DNA of 64,000 nucleotides from Podarcis liolepis. Its lineage: Eukaryota. The translations under genes were made by a program, and so were the position numbers. The notes beneath the pieces were generated by a model, which did no database searches, had not been told where the DNA came from, and saw only the letters and a program-made list of their open reading frames with translations. This document shows positions 52,891 through 64,000 of this stretch, one piece after another (within the stretch, counting starts at the first letter, position 1; each line of letters begins with the position of its first letter). The stretch lies in assembly GCA_965112155.1 (NCBI GenBank), contig OZ218108.1. One strand, written 5' to 3'.

Positions 52891-54728
52891 TGCTCCTAAG
52901 ACATGTGGGCAAACCATAGGCATATGGGGAAGGACGGCGACATGATTCATGAGGGATCAGACTCACTGCTTCCTGGATGAGCTCATCCTTTTTTCATCTT
53001 GTGCTAAATAACTCCCAACAGCTTGTTCTCTACACCTCTATTTATACACATCATATTCTTTTCCCTGCTTCGGATCCTTTGCCTTTATCTGCCCAACATC
53101 TTACAGGAGCTAATAATATTCTGCATTGTTCCTTCAGTTCATTTCTGCTCTTAAAAAAGGGCAAAACAATAGCTGCATTTAAAAATAAAAAACTTACAGA
53201 ACGCCAACATGGTTTGTACTTTTTCTCTTTCTTTTCTTTTGTCAATAAACGATTTTAACAAGAACATTTCAATGGAAATGTCATTCTAAAACCCTTTTAA
53301 AAAATATTGGGAATTTACTAGACTTACAGTGCAATCCTATACATGTCTACTCAGAAGCAAATATTAAGAAGACATATATCTATCTACTTGGAAGTAAGTT
53401 GTTTTCAGTGGGGCTAACTTCCAAGAGACCAGCTTCCACATACACATTTAAGCCTCGTTTAATTCAATGGGGCTTACATCCAAATGTGGAGGTACAAGAT
53501 TGTGCTCTTATAGAATCTAAAGTTAGAAGAATGCTATTGCCCATCAAGCCCAGAATTGCTTTCTGCCCCCAACAACTGTGACCTGGAAGAAGCCGTTGAA
53601 TCAGAGGGAGGGGGTGAGTTCTACTCTATTGGCTCAACTGAAAGACCTGAACCGTTTGGCTCCTCCTCTTTTTTAACCATTTCCATTCCAGGGGTTAATT
53701 ATAAGAACTTTGCAAATAAAAACTTAAGTGCTTGAGTCTGCTTCACCCCCTCCTGCTTCCTATCTCTTTAAGAAATTTTAAAATATTCCTGTTTACCCAG
53801 GCATTTCGACACTGTTCCTGGCAAACCTGAGTTCACTGGTTGAGAATTTTTTTAACCATTATTTTTAAAGGCTGTCTAAAAACTGGTTTTAGTTGTTGCT
53901 GCTGTTTTACCATTGCTGTATCTGCTGCCCTGGGCTCCTTCAGGAGGAAGGACAGGATATAAATCAAATAAACAAAAATAAAATGAATACATGCTGCCTC
54001 TACAGTCTCCTAATCCACAGCACTGTAGCTTCTGAGCTGCTCTTAAGACCCAACCCGTCTCCCAAATTCATCTATAATAGCTCAGAGTTAGATGCAGCAG
54101 AGCTCCAGGCCCCTCATAGCCTGGCACTGATGACGGGGCTTATTTTTGGCTTCTACGAGATGAAGAGTTCCACAGCTCCTAAGCTTTTAGCAGGAAATAG
54201 TTCCAATTGCCCAAACAACACCTCCCATTTTCTGAAATAATACTTCTACGAGGAACAAGGGAGCATTCTTGACAGCTCTGGAAGAACAATGTTCTCCAAT
54301 TTCTCCCTCATCGTTTCTCAATTACACTTTATTGGCGGTATGTGTAGCATAATCGTGACAGGTAGCATCTCTAGGAGAGGTCAGGCTCTGAGCAAAAGAA
54401 ATTGGATGGGCCCTGGAAACTGTGTACAATTATCCACTTCAGCTTTTCCTCCTTTTTTGACACTTAGAACTGAGTGGCTGCAAACTTTCACATCCTGCTC
54501 TGTACCTGACACTTTCTGCTTCTCACACACCTCTCCCTCACCAGGAGTGCTGGGTAAGCGAAGCTGTCTGCTGACTACTCCCTTCGGACACTTCGATGAA
54601 GGTCGGGGGTTTCTCTGAGTATTTGGTCTCAGCCTTTCTGGCAAGGCCTCTCAGTCTGGGTGCACTTGCCCCCCAAATCCTGACATCCTCTGGACAGGCA
54701 AAGGATTGCCTCTAGAATCACAGAATTC

Positions 54729-55843
54729 AAAGATAAAGTGCGAGACTGGCTTCACTATTATCAGATAATGGAGGCATATAACTTGGATAAGAAAATTGGC
54801 TTCCAGGTGGAAAAATCAAAATTAGAAACAGAACTGTTAGAACCTAAAACTAAGACTTTGTCAAAGATGTATAACTTGCTGTTGAAATGGAATACTCAGG
54901 ATGAAACGGTGAAATTTGCTATGATTAAATGGGCACAAGATGTTGGACATAACATTATGTTTGCTGACTGGGAACAGTTGTGGACCACAGGTATGAAGTT
55001 CACGGCATGTAATGCCCTAAGAGAGAATATTATGAAAATGATATACAGGTGGTACATGACACCAGTCAAGCTTGCAAAAATCTATCCTTTTCCCCATAAC
55101 AAATGTTGGAAATGTAAAGAAACTGAAGGTACATTCTTTCACCTCTGGTGGACGTGCCCAAGGATTAAGGCTTTCTGGGAGATGATTTATAATGAAATGA
55201 AAAAGGTATTTAAATATACCTTCCTGAAGAAACCAGAGGCCTTTCTCCTGGGCATGGTCAGCCAATTGGTGCCAAAGAACTTTCTTTATGTATGCCACAA
55301 CAGCAGCAAGAATACTCGTCGCAAAGTACTGGAAGACACAAGATTTACCCACCCTGGAAGAGTGGCAGATGAAGGTGATGGAGTATATGGAATTAGCAGA
55401 AATGACTGGCAGTATCCGAGTACAGGGAGAAGAATCGGTGGAAGAAGATTGGAAAAAGTTTAAAGATCATTTACAGAAACACTGTAAAATTAATGAATGT
55501 TAGAATGATGTTGGATAGAAACTAAGTGGTCTTTTGCTGTAATGCTATAAGGGAATATGAGAAAATGGTTATAAATAGGTAAAAAAATTAATGTTATAAT
55601 ATTTAAAAATTGAAGATTAAGATGAATGAAGAGGGGAGGGATTTTCTGAATTAACAATGGGAACTGGAATACAGAAAAGGAAGGCGTGAGGAGGTCTGGG
55701 AAATAAGCAAATGAAAAATATGTGATAGAAAGATTGAACTGGTTTTTTTAACTATTTTTATTTTTGTATTTTCCTTTTTTCTTTTCTCTTTTCTTTTTAT
55801 TCTGGAATTTTTTTTGAAAATCTTAATAAATATCTTATAAAAA
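54729..55843 (+). mobile_element. L1-clade LINE, 5'-truncated, with CCHC motif, 3' UTR and 16-bp TSD
   Basis: CWKC...FFHLWWTC zinc-knuckle; one frameshift near 55280; AATAAA at 55825; TSD tagaatcacagaattc (54713-54728 / 55844-55859). Confidence 0.9.
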
Positions 55844-56078
55844 TAGAATCACAGAATTCTAAAATTGGAAAGGCTCCCAAGGGCATCTAGTCGAACCCCC
55901 TGCAATGCAAGAATCACAGCTAAATCATTCCCTGGAGGTGGCCACCCAACCTCTCCAATGAAGGAGAATCTACCACCTTCAGAAGCAGTCTGTTCCACTG
56001 TTGAACAGCTATTACTGGCAGAAAACTTTTCCTAAGCTGGAATCTCCTTTCTTGTAATTGGAATCCATTGGTTTGGGT

Positions 56079-57033
56079 GAGGCACCCCCAAACTCCAGAT
56101 ATTTTGGGACTACAATTCCCGTTACAGTGGTGCCTCGCAAGACGAAATTAATTCGTTCTGTGAATTTTTTCGTCTAGCGAATTTTTCATCTTGCGAAGCA
56201 CGGTTTCCCATAGGAATGCATTGAAAATCAATTAATGCATTCCTATGGTCAAAAAAAGTCCAAACAAAGCCAAATTTGGTACAACAAGAGTTTATTAAGT
56301 GCTCTTTAAAGTCACTCATACTGTAAAGAGCATTTCAAAATTCAAACCCAGATTTTTTTAAAAAAAACAGCAGAGTGGCCCAATGGTCACAGAAAATCAT
56401 AAAAATGCAGAGAGAAAAAACAAGCTTCCAGATTCTTGCAAACCCCTCCCCAACTGTTCCCCCAGCCACCCAGCACACAGAAATTCAAATCCAGATTTTT
56501 TTTTTTAAAAAAACAGCAGAGTGGCCCAATGGTCACAGAAAATCATAAAAATGCAGGGGGGGGGGGAAACAAGCTTCCAGATTCTTGCAAACCCCTTCCC
56601 AACACCAAGTCCTTGAATTCCAAACACCCCAACCCAAAATCCAAACCCCCCCAAAAAAGTTTTAAAAGCTTAACTTACCAAATGGCTGCAAAAGAAGTTT
56701 TGGAAAAGCTTCAAAAATCACCAAAGTCTTTAAAAACCTCAAAAAAGGCTACTATGTGCACTGCGTTCTATGAGTTGCTCCTCGAAGTCAAGTCGCAACT
56801 GTATTAACGGTGTTAAGAAAAAGGAAACAAACTTGCAAGACGTTTTCGTCTTGCGAAGCAAGCCCATAGGGAAAATTGTCATGCGAAGCAGCTCAAAAAC
56901 GGAAAACTCTTTCGTCTAGCGAGTTTTCCGTCTTGCGGGGCACCACTGTATCTCTGACCATTGGTCCTGTTATCTAGGGATGGTGGGAGTTGTAGTCCCA
57001 AAACATCTGGAGGGCCAAGTTTGGGGGTGCCTG
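56079..57033. mobile_element. hAT-type MITE (8-bp TSD) inserted in CR1 and itself interrupted
   Basis: TIR gaggcacccccaaact / agtttgggggtgcctg; TSD gtttgggt / gtttgagt. Confidence 0.85.
56125..56948. mobile_element. Non-autonomous Tc1/mariner-type element (824 bp), long relative of 2529-2860
   Basis: TA-cagtggtgcctcgcaagacg...cgtcttgcggggcaccactg-TA; internal duplication of about 115 bp. Confidence 0.88.
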
Positions 57034-57823
57034 GTTTGAGTCCTACCCTCTGGAGCAGCAGAAAACAAGCTTGCTCCATCTTTCATGTGACAGCCCTTTG
57101 GCTGTGGCTATCCTATCTCCTCTCAGTCTCCTCTTTACAAGGCTAAACATACCCAATTCCCTCAATTGTTCCTCATAAGGCTTGGTTTCCAGACCTTTGA
57201 TCATCTTAGTTGCCCTCCATCTGCACATCTTCCAGCTTGTCAATATCTTTCTTAAATTGTGGCACCCAGAAGTGGACACAGTACTCCATGTGTGTTCTGA
57301 GCAAGGCAGAATAGAAGAGTACTACAGACTCAGTGTTTTTTTCTGTTGGTACTCACCAGTACATACTACCAGCACCTTCCCCCCGCCCCTTTCCCTCAGA
57401 GATGCTTCCTGAGGCCTTCGGAGGCTTCGGAACCTGACTTCCGATGCCACCAGAAGTAGGTTCCGAGGTGGGGGGGGGGAGGCGTGTGACATCATGACAT
57501 CATGCTGCATGTGACATCACACGCACTGGGCATCCATAACCTGGGGCCCAAGTTGGCTCCCCTGATAGGAACTCAGGTGTGGCTGGTGAGAGCCATGTGG
57601 TTGAGCTGGAGCATTGAGGGGAAACAATGGGCTTGATTGCCAATTTCCTCTCAAGGTAAGGGGAAGTGACATAGCTAAGCCTGGCAGGGCAGCTTGCTCT
57701 ATGGTTTTAAATTAGGCTTAAGGACGTCGGTTATATGAGGCTGGTTATCCTACAAATGGTAAGGAATATTAGTTGCCTGTGTGGCCTCGTTCACCCAGGA
57801 AATATAAATGCTCTGTATGAGTG

Positions 57824-58166
57824 CATAGGCGCCGACTCCATGGGGCCTGAGGGGGCCCGAGCCCCCTCAAAAATTCGTTTGGGGGGGCTCTGCCCCCCCA
57901 ATAATCTCGGGCGCCCCTCCAGCAGAGCGCCACCGCCGCCCCTCCCCCAGCCCAAAATGCACAGGGTCGGGCTGCATGCCTCCTGCCCTCCCTCCCGAGC
58001 AAAAGCTCCACCCAATTTCCTTCGGAGCTGATTAATAGGCGCAGCACGCTCTCCCCTATTCGCTCACGAGGAGGCGGCGCCACTTTATCTGCATATTCAT
58101 GAGCTTATTTATTATTCATGAGCTTTCCCGGGCCCCCCCAATATTTTTTATAAGTCCGCGCCCCTG
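57824..58166. mobile_element. GC/CpG-rich hAT-type MITE
   Basis: Exact 8-bp TSD tatgagtg (57816-57823 / 58167-58174); imperfect TIR cataggcgccgact / agtccgcgcccctg. Confidence 0.82.
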
Positions 58167-59261
58167 TATGAGTGCTTGCCACTAAGCAAGGTGGGATGAT
58201 TACGTACACTGGAGCCCTTCTCCGCTTAAAAGCCCTGGGGGAGGTGGAATCACATGTTGTTCCAGCAAGTCTGGAATAGCATAAAATCAGGCATTCTGCA
58301 ACATATTAGCCTTTAAAAATGAGATCTTTTAATTTAAACCACAGTGAGTCTTCTACCATGCGTATATCATTTCTGAGAAATACTTTTACACGTTTGGGGC
58401 GGGGGAGGGAGGTTAAAAAGGGACAAAATAAACTCCTGCGTCAACAGATTAGATTAGATTTCCCCCAGGGAGCCATCTGGTGGTGATCCTTAGCCAATGC
58501 TTAGTATATGTTTCTCTCAATGGAAAAGGTGTTTTTTTTTAAGGCAATCATATTCATGATGCCTCTCTATAAGCATTTAGACTATGCTGCCTGTACAGTG
58601 TCAAGTCAACAGGAAGATGTAAATTAAGCTTCTCTTGTACTAATGTGTGATATAGTTATTAGCCAGGTAGTGCAGAAAGCATAATACCTAAGCGATGAAG
58701 GGATTTATTTTTGTTGCTGCTGCTTCTGCTGGCTGGCTCAGTTTTTCATCTCCTGCTGTGATCTGACTCAGGGTCTCTCTATGGTTTGCTTTAATGGACA
58801 CACAATGTACTCCGGCAAATAGCTCAGAGCAAGGTCATCTACAAAAATAGGAGCCCGATTCCTGGGATGTAGGGAAACTAAATTGCAGCAGTTCAATTCC
58901 CATTGGAGCGCTGCTTTTAGGAACAAAACTGAACACTAGTTTTTTAGGGTTTGAAGAGAAATTCTGCTATGATTCTGAACACTAACTTATTCAATTAATT
59001 ATGCAATTATTATTTTTTATTAAAAGTTTTAAAATGTATTAGTTGCTTTTTTCTGCCACAGCGACTCAAAGCAACTTGCAATATTTTAAGCAAAACAAAA
59101 ACATACATACAAACCATTGTAAAAAAATATATCTAAAATATAATTCCATTCAAAGGGAAATATAGAGAGCTCCAGGTGAAAAGTGAGGCTGTATGTAATG
59201 CATTTCATGAGTGGATTTCTTTTGTAAGCTACATTCTGGGCAAGCAGAACAACAGTTTCTG

Positions 59262-59398
59262 AAGGAGTAGCTAATTTGGTGCCCTCCAGAATGTGTTGGA
59301 CTCCAGTGCCCATCAGGCCCAGTGAGCAGGGCTAGTGGTCAAAACTGGCAGGAGCTGGAGTCTGGCAACACCTGGAGATTATCACACTGGCTATTCCT
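59262..59398. mobile_element. Degenerate hAT-type palindromic MITE
   Basis: gccctccaga...ggactccagtgcccatca...ggagctggagtc, of the 18012 family. Confidence 0.55.
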
Positions 59399-62300
59399 GC
59401 TGTAGAGTGTTCCCTGTGATCCATGTACATTGCTTTATTTATTTATCTAGGCATTTTTTAAATACCACCCAGGAAACTGCGTCCACTGAGCAGTTCACAA
59501 TTGTAAATCAATGAAGTTCAAATACAAATAGTACCAAAAAATACCAGGCAACGTACAAAAGCAACAGTAACACAGAATTCACAAAGTGCAGCCTAGAACC
59601 ATACATCAGCATAACATCAGTAAAGGAGGTAAAGGAGATATATACCCCACCCCATCGCTCTGCAAATGTAGGATGCTTATAAGTCTTGGCCTTAATTTGC
59701 AAGCAGGCAGGTCATTGAGATATCACAGGTGAGTCATTGGGAACAGGTTGGTTGGTTTTTAAAACAGCTTTTCAGATTTCCCTCCAGTGTAAATCTGGAT
59801 TCCAGATGGTGGGGGGGGGGGGGTATGGACTGTGATTTTGGGTCAGAAGAAACCAATCTCATCAATCCCACTATAAACACCCTGTCTGGAAATATCTCCC
59901 CCCCTGCACATGTTGTTCTGGGGGTACTTTCCCACCCCCCAGCCAATGGGGAGGGGCATAGAAGGAAGAAGGGGGAAGCCCCTTTGCGCTCACAGAAGTA
60001 TTTTAATAGACTTCCATTAGTGGGACTGGTTAGTTGAATCTGGCCCCTAGTGAACAGTAATGTGGGGTTTTATTTCTGGTGTTGCCAATTGACTTTTGTT
60101 TGTACTTTTAAAATCTGACTGTACTTTAAAAATATGTGTACTTTTATAATTTGATGCTATGATGCTTTCGTCTATTTTTATATTTCTTGTGCAATGAACT
60201 GTTTCAAAGACTTACACCTTTTATTTTTACAAAATGAAAAATAGCAACGACAATTTGCCCACACCCACCCCTTCCTTTGCTAAACAAAGAATGTGAAACT
60301 CCCAACCTAACACTGTAGCTACTGGCCATTATTCCCACCCCTCATCCAGCAAACTTTTTATGCTTGATGGACAATATCACACATTACATAAAGGCTAAAC
60401 CAGGTTTGCCACAGAAGGTGGACTTGCCTGCAACACTTAGCATGGTTGGTCCATAGCTTACAGTTTGTTCTTGGGCTGTGTACACACTATCAGCTGAAAA
60501 CACCACTATTTTTCTCAATTCAGACAAACTGGTTGGGGCGGGGGGGGGGGGTGTGTGCATCAAAACACAGCATGCCATTGGGAAAGACAGGGTAGATACA
60601 GGATAGATCTGTGGCTAGTGTCATGGGTATACTGCTTCTGAAATCAGCAGTGGGAGCATTCTGGATGCAGTACACATCTATTGTCTGGAAGAACTAAAGC
60701 AGAGGCTAAACCACCAGGTTCAGACAAGAGACTAGGCCAAGGCATAAGCTCAGCTCAGTGCAACAGCAGAATGACCGGTGAGGAGGAAAGCCATGATTTC
60801 CTGCCCAGAAGCCCACTCATTTGCACTAAGCCAATGGTTTCACTTAGCGTTAAATGTGAAACAAGGAGAAAGTGTACATTCAACAGGATGCAGCAGCCAG
60901 TCACATAGGAATTCCTCCTTCCCCATACTGAGACACGGTCAAACATACACCAGTTTCCAGATGCAAAGATAGTCTTGACCTAGTTAGCTTGTGCTGGCAG
61001 CTGTATCAGCCAACTGCATTGTCTTCAGCGAAAGGGTAAATCTATTCCTGACAAATCTCAGTAAGATGTATGAAAGCCAAATTTGTTTCTTTCCCTGGAA
61101 ACAAACCACCAGCAATGTTTTTGCACAACAGATGTTTCTTAGCAAGTATGTTAAAATAACTTCCCACCCCTCAATAAAGAATATATTGACATCCTGCGTC
61201 AGCAACCTCCAAAAAAACAACAAAAAAACCCACAGCATTGCCAAAATCAGACAATACTTAGTGAGGTGAACCAAGGATCCTAGTATATGGCTGCTTCCTA
61301 TGATGGTGAGTGGGGTGTGTGTGTCCTTCTAGGTAGCTTTTTCCAAAGTCAATGTGCAGGTGGCAGGGACATGGCTAGGAGATGTGGTGGCAGTAGGGCT
61401 TGCTCAGGGGGTCGTGTGTCACAAACTGGCAGAACAACGAGGAAGGGGAGGCCCATGATTGATATGCACTGGGGCAAACTGAAGATGGGGAAGGGAAGGT
61501 TGGGGGCTTAGAAGGTACTCACAGGATATTGGAGGACATCAGGAGGGCAGCAGACAGTTCACAGGCGCCAGGGGAAGGAGACACAGAACCAGAGGTGCCC
61601 CCATCTCTGCAGACATGGTAGGATGTGAGGCATCGGAAACAGCAGGAAGTGCACTGCAGGAGACTGAGGGAGGCAAGGAAACACAGCCCAGCTTGCTAAT
61701 GGTCCAGGTGGAGATCATGGAACTCATTAGATCTGGGAGGAGGCTGTGGTCATGCAGCTGAATTAGGCTCAGGGCAGGTGAGGGTCATCTGCCTCATCAA
61801 GTGGAGAAGACAGTTGCTCAACTGGAGCAAACTCAGGTGCAGGAATCAAAATTGTAAAGGATAGAAGGGAAGCAGGGCAGAGACTCTGTGTCTGCTCAGC
61901 TTTCTCTGTTGATAGACCATGGCTTGGCTGTTTTGGGAATGCCACTGGACTATGACTTTGGGGCTGACCCTGTGTGTTTCAACCCTGGATCTTCTGCAGA
62001 GGCAGAAACCTGACCTTGCAGATTGACTTTGGACCTTGCTTGTTTTATTGGACCATTTGGACTGTCTGACTGCTCTCTAATGTTACACTTGGGACTGTGT
62101 GCACAGTCAGGACTTAGCTCCAGGCACACTGGGGTTCAGGATCTCCTGTAACACACCCTTGAACATGTGTGTGTGTGGGGGGGAGAGGGTTATTTAACTA
62201 GAGGGTCCTTTCATGCATCCTTTTTATTGTGCATCATGATAATTTTGCTCATGATGGTATTGGGGTGGTTATACACAATCCCACTATCTATGCTGTTTGC

Positions 62301-62897
62301 CCCTGAAATGTTGGACATACTGCTTTGTTTCCAGTTTGCGCTTGTCCAGGGCTATAATTTCCCCTTCATGCAGTCAATTACTCAGTTGTCGCATGCCAAG
62401 GCCCTGTGACCCTGTTGCTCCCTAAGAGATGAATACCGAACCAGAAAGCAACATATAAGTTGGGTTCAAATAGGCCTCAACTTTATTGATTACAGATGTG
62501 AATGGTTTGGCATAGGAATCAGGTAAAGCCATTTATTCCACTCCAGCCTGTCTGCTTGGGAGTGTATATAAGGGTACACCACAAGGGGGGCCCCAATGAC
62601 TTACATCAAATAGGGGTACCTCCCAAGGGGACCCCGTTGGAGAAGTGCTATGGCCCTAGCCCCTGCCTGGGCATCTGGACAGAAGCAGTTCCTTGTGGAT
62701 CCCTTTAACGGGATACCCTTATCAAGGAGGGGCAGGCAGGGGCTACAACCTCCCCTCCAGCCAAGACCCTATGCTTACCCTATGCCTAACCAAAACAAAG
62801 TTGTGATGATTGCTATGAGGTAGGTGAAAACCAAATGGCTGGTGCCAATTTGCTAAGTGAGAATATGGCAGCCAACAAAGTCCAGAACAAGGTCCTA

Positions 62898-63237
62898 AAA
62901 GGTAAAGGTAAAATGACCCTGACCATTAGGTCTAGTCATGGCTAACTCTGGGGTTGCGGCGCTCATCTCGCTTTATTGGCCGAGGGAGCCGGCGTACAGC
63001 TTCTAGGTCATGTGGTCAGCATGACTAAGCCACTTCTGGCGAACCAGAGCAGCGCACGGAAACGCCGTTTACCTTCCCACTGGAGAGGTACCTATTTATC
63101 TACTTGCACTTTGCTAGGTTGGCAGGAGCAGGGACCGAGCAACGGGAGCTCACCCCGTCGCGGGGATTCAAACTGACGACCTTCTGATCAGCAAGTCCTA
63201 GGCTCTGTGGTTTAGCCCACAGTGCCACCCGCATCCC
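62898..63237 (-). mobile_element. Sauria SINE with 36-bp flanking duplication
   Basis: Family sequence as at 19811; direct repeats at 62862-62897 / 63243-63278. Confidence 0.93.
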
Positions 63238-63349
63238 TTGAAAATATGGCAGCCAACAAAGTCCAGAACAAGGTCCTAGTATGATAGTAAAACACAGGGA
63301 AAAGGGAGGCATCTGAAGGCAGCCCTGTTTAGGGAAACTTTTAATATTT

Positions 63350-63428
63350 CATAGAATAGAATCATAGAATCATAGAGTTGGAATAGACCACAAGGGCCAT
63401 CGAGTCCAACCCCCTGCCAAGCAGGAAT
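63350..63428 (-). mobile_element. CR1-type 3' tail fragment with (CATAGAAT)n
   Basis: catagaatagaatcatagaatcatagagttggaa...gtccaaccccctgc. Confidence 0.75.
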
Positions 63429-63675
63429 AGACTATTGTATTCTGTTGGAAGTATTCTGTTGGAAGCCGCCCAGAGTGGCTGGGGAAACCCAGCCAGTTGG
63501 GCGCATAGTCAACCTTCCCCTTTTTTGTGGGAAATTCCCTTATTCCAGCACTGTTTCCCACTGCTTCTCGCTGCTATCCCAGATTGTTAGATATCCAGTA
63601 GAGTGTCCCCAGGACAGGTGAGGCTGCTGATCCCTTATTTTCAAATCTGAAAGTCTACAGCTATGGATGGGCGGG

Positions 63676-63723
<48 letters not shown>
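63676..63723. repeat. (TAA)n microsatellite
   Basis: Seen directly; source of the poly-Ile ORF 63540-63749. Confidence 0.97.
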
Positions 63724-64000
63724 TATTGGCAGGGTGGGAGGTCCGGCAACGATCTGGGGAGGAGGGCTGAGCAGGCTGCAATTAATTCCCCTGTGAGCTA
63801 ACCCAAGCTACAGTCAGGGGCAGGCCCAACCGGCCAGTCCTCCCCAGCTGGCTGCCAGTTTGTGGGCAAGGCCATGGCCAGGCTGCAACACCTCCTGACT
63901 GCTAAAGGTAAGTGGACTTAGGAAGATAGTCCAACACAAGACACTAGAATGACAGAACGGCTTGGAAACTAACTACACCTGCAAGAACTGTTGGCATAAA

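Larger units (their letters stand above)
55844..57330 (-). mobile_element. CR1 LINE 3' fragment split by nested MITEs
   Basis: ORF 57043-57279 [34 protein letters not shown] is CR1 ORF2; 3' tail at 55844-55920. Confidence 0.88.

Noticed and set aside
56436-56807. Lys/Pro-rich 123-aa ORF as a transposase remnant
   Set aside because: Low-complexity A/C-rich MITE interior; no HTH or DDE motifs.

Overview
Vertebrate genomic DNA, almost certainly a squamate lizard. The evidence is Sauria/Squam1 and Squam3-type SINEs, BovB, and young L2 and CR1 LINEs; a lacertid origin is plausible but cannot be proven from this window. The + strand carries the 3' part of the cAMP-specific phosphodiesterase gene PDE4D: nine GT-AG-bounded coding exons at 15858-29174 (end of UCR2, catalytic domain, acidic C-terminus) and a roughly 5.1 kb 3' UTR ending at tandem AATAAA signals near 34240-34300. 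A 48-nt first coding exon at 10833-10880, too short for the ORF track, encodes MPEANYLLSVSWGYIK, the PDE4D6-type super-short N-terminus. The window therefore holds one complete 516-aa isoform ORF. A second, unrecognised candidate first exon at 4536-4619 (TATA box, strong Kozak, phase-0 donor) could give another super-short isoform; this is inference only. The rest is intron or intergenic DNA rich in transposons: a 5'-truncated L2 with an uninterrupted ORF of about 850 codons, BovB, L1-clade and CR1 fragments, tRNA-Ile- and tRNA-Lys-headed SINEs sharing a CR1 tail, many Tc1/mariner-type (TA) and hAT-type (8-bp TSD) MITEs, and a multi-layer nested insertion at 54.7-57.3 kb. No prokaryotic-type system (CRISPR, operon) is present. 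Most short ORFs in the track are chance ORFs or antisense frames of repeats.
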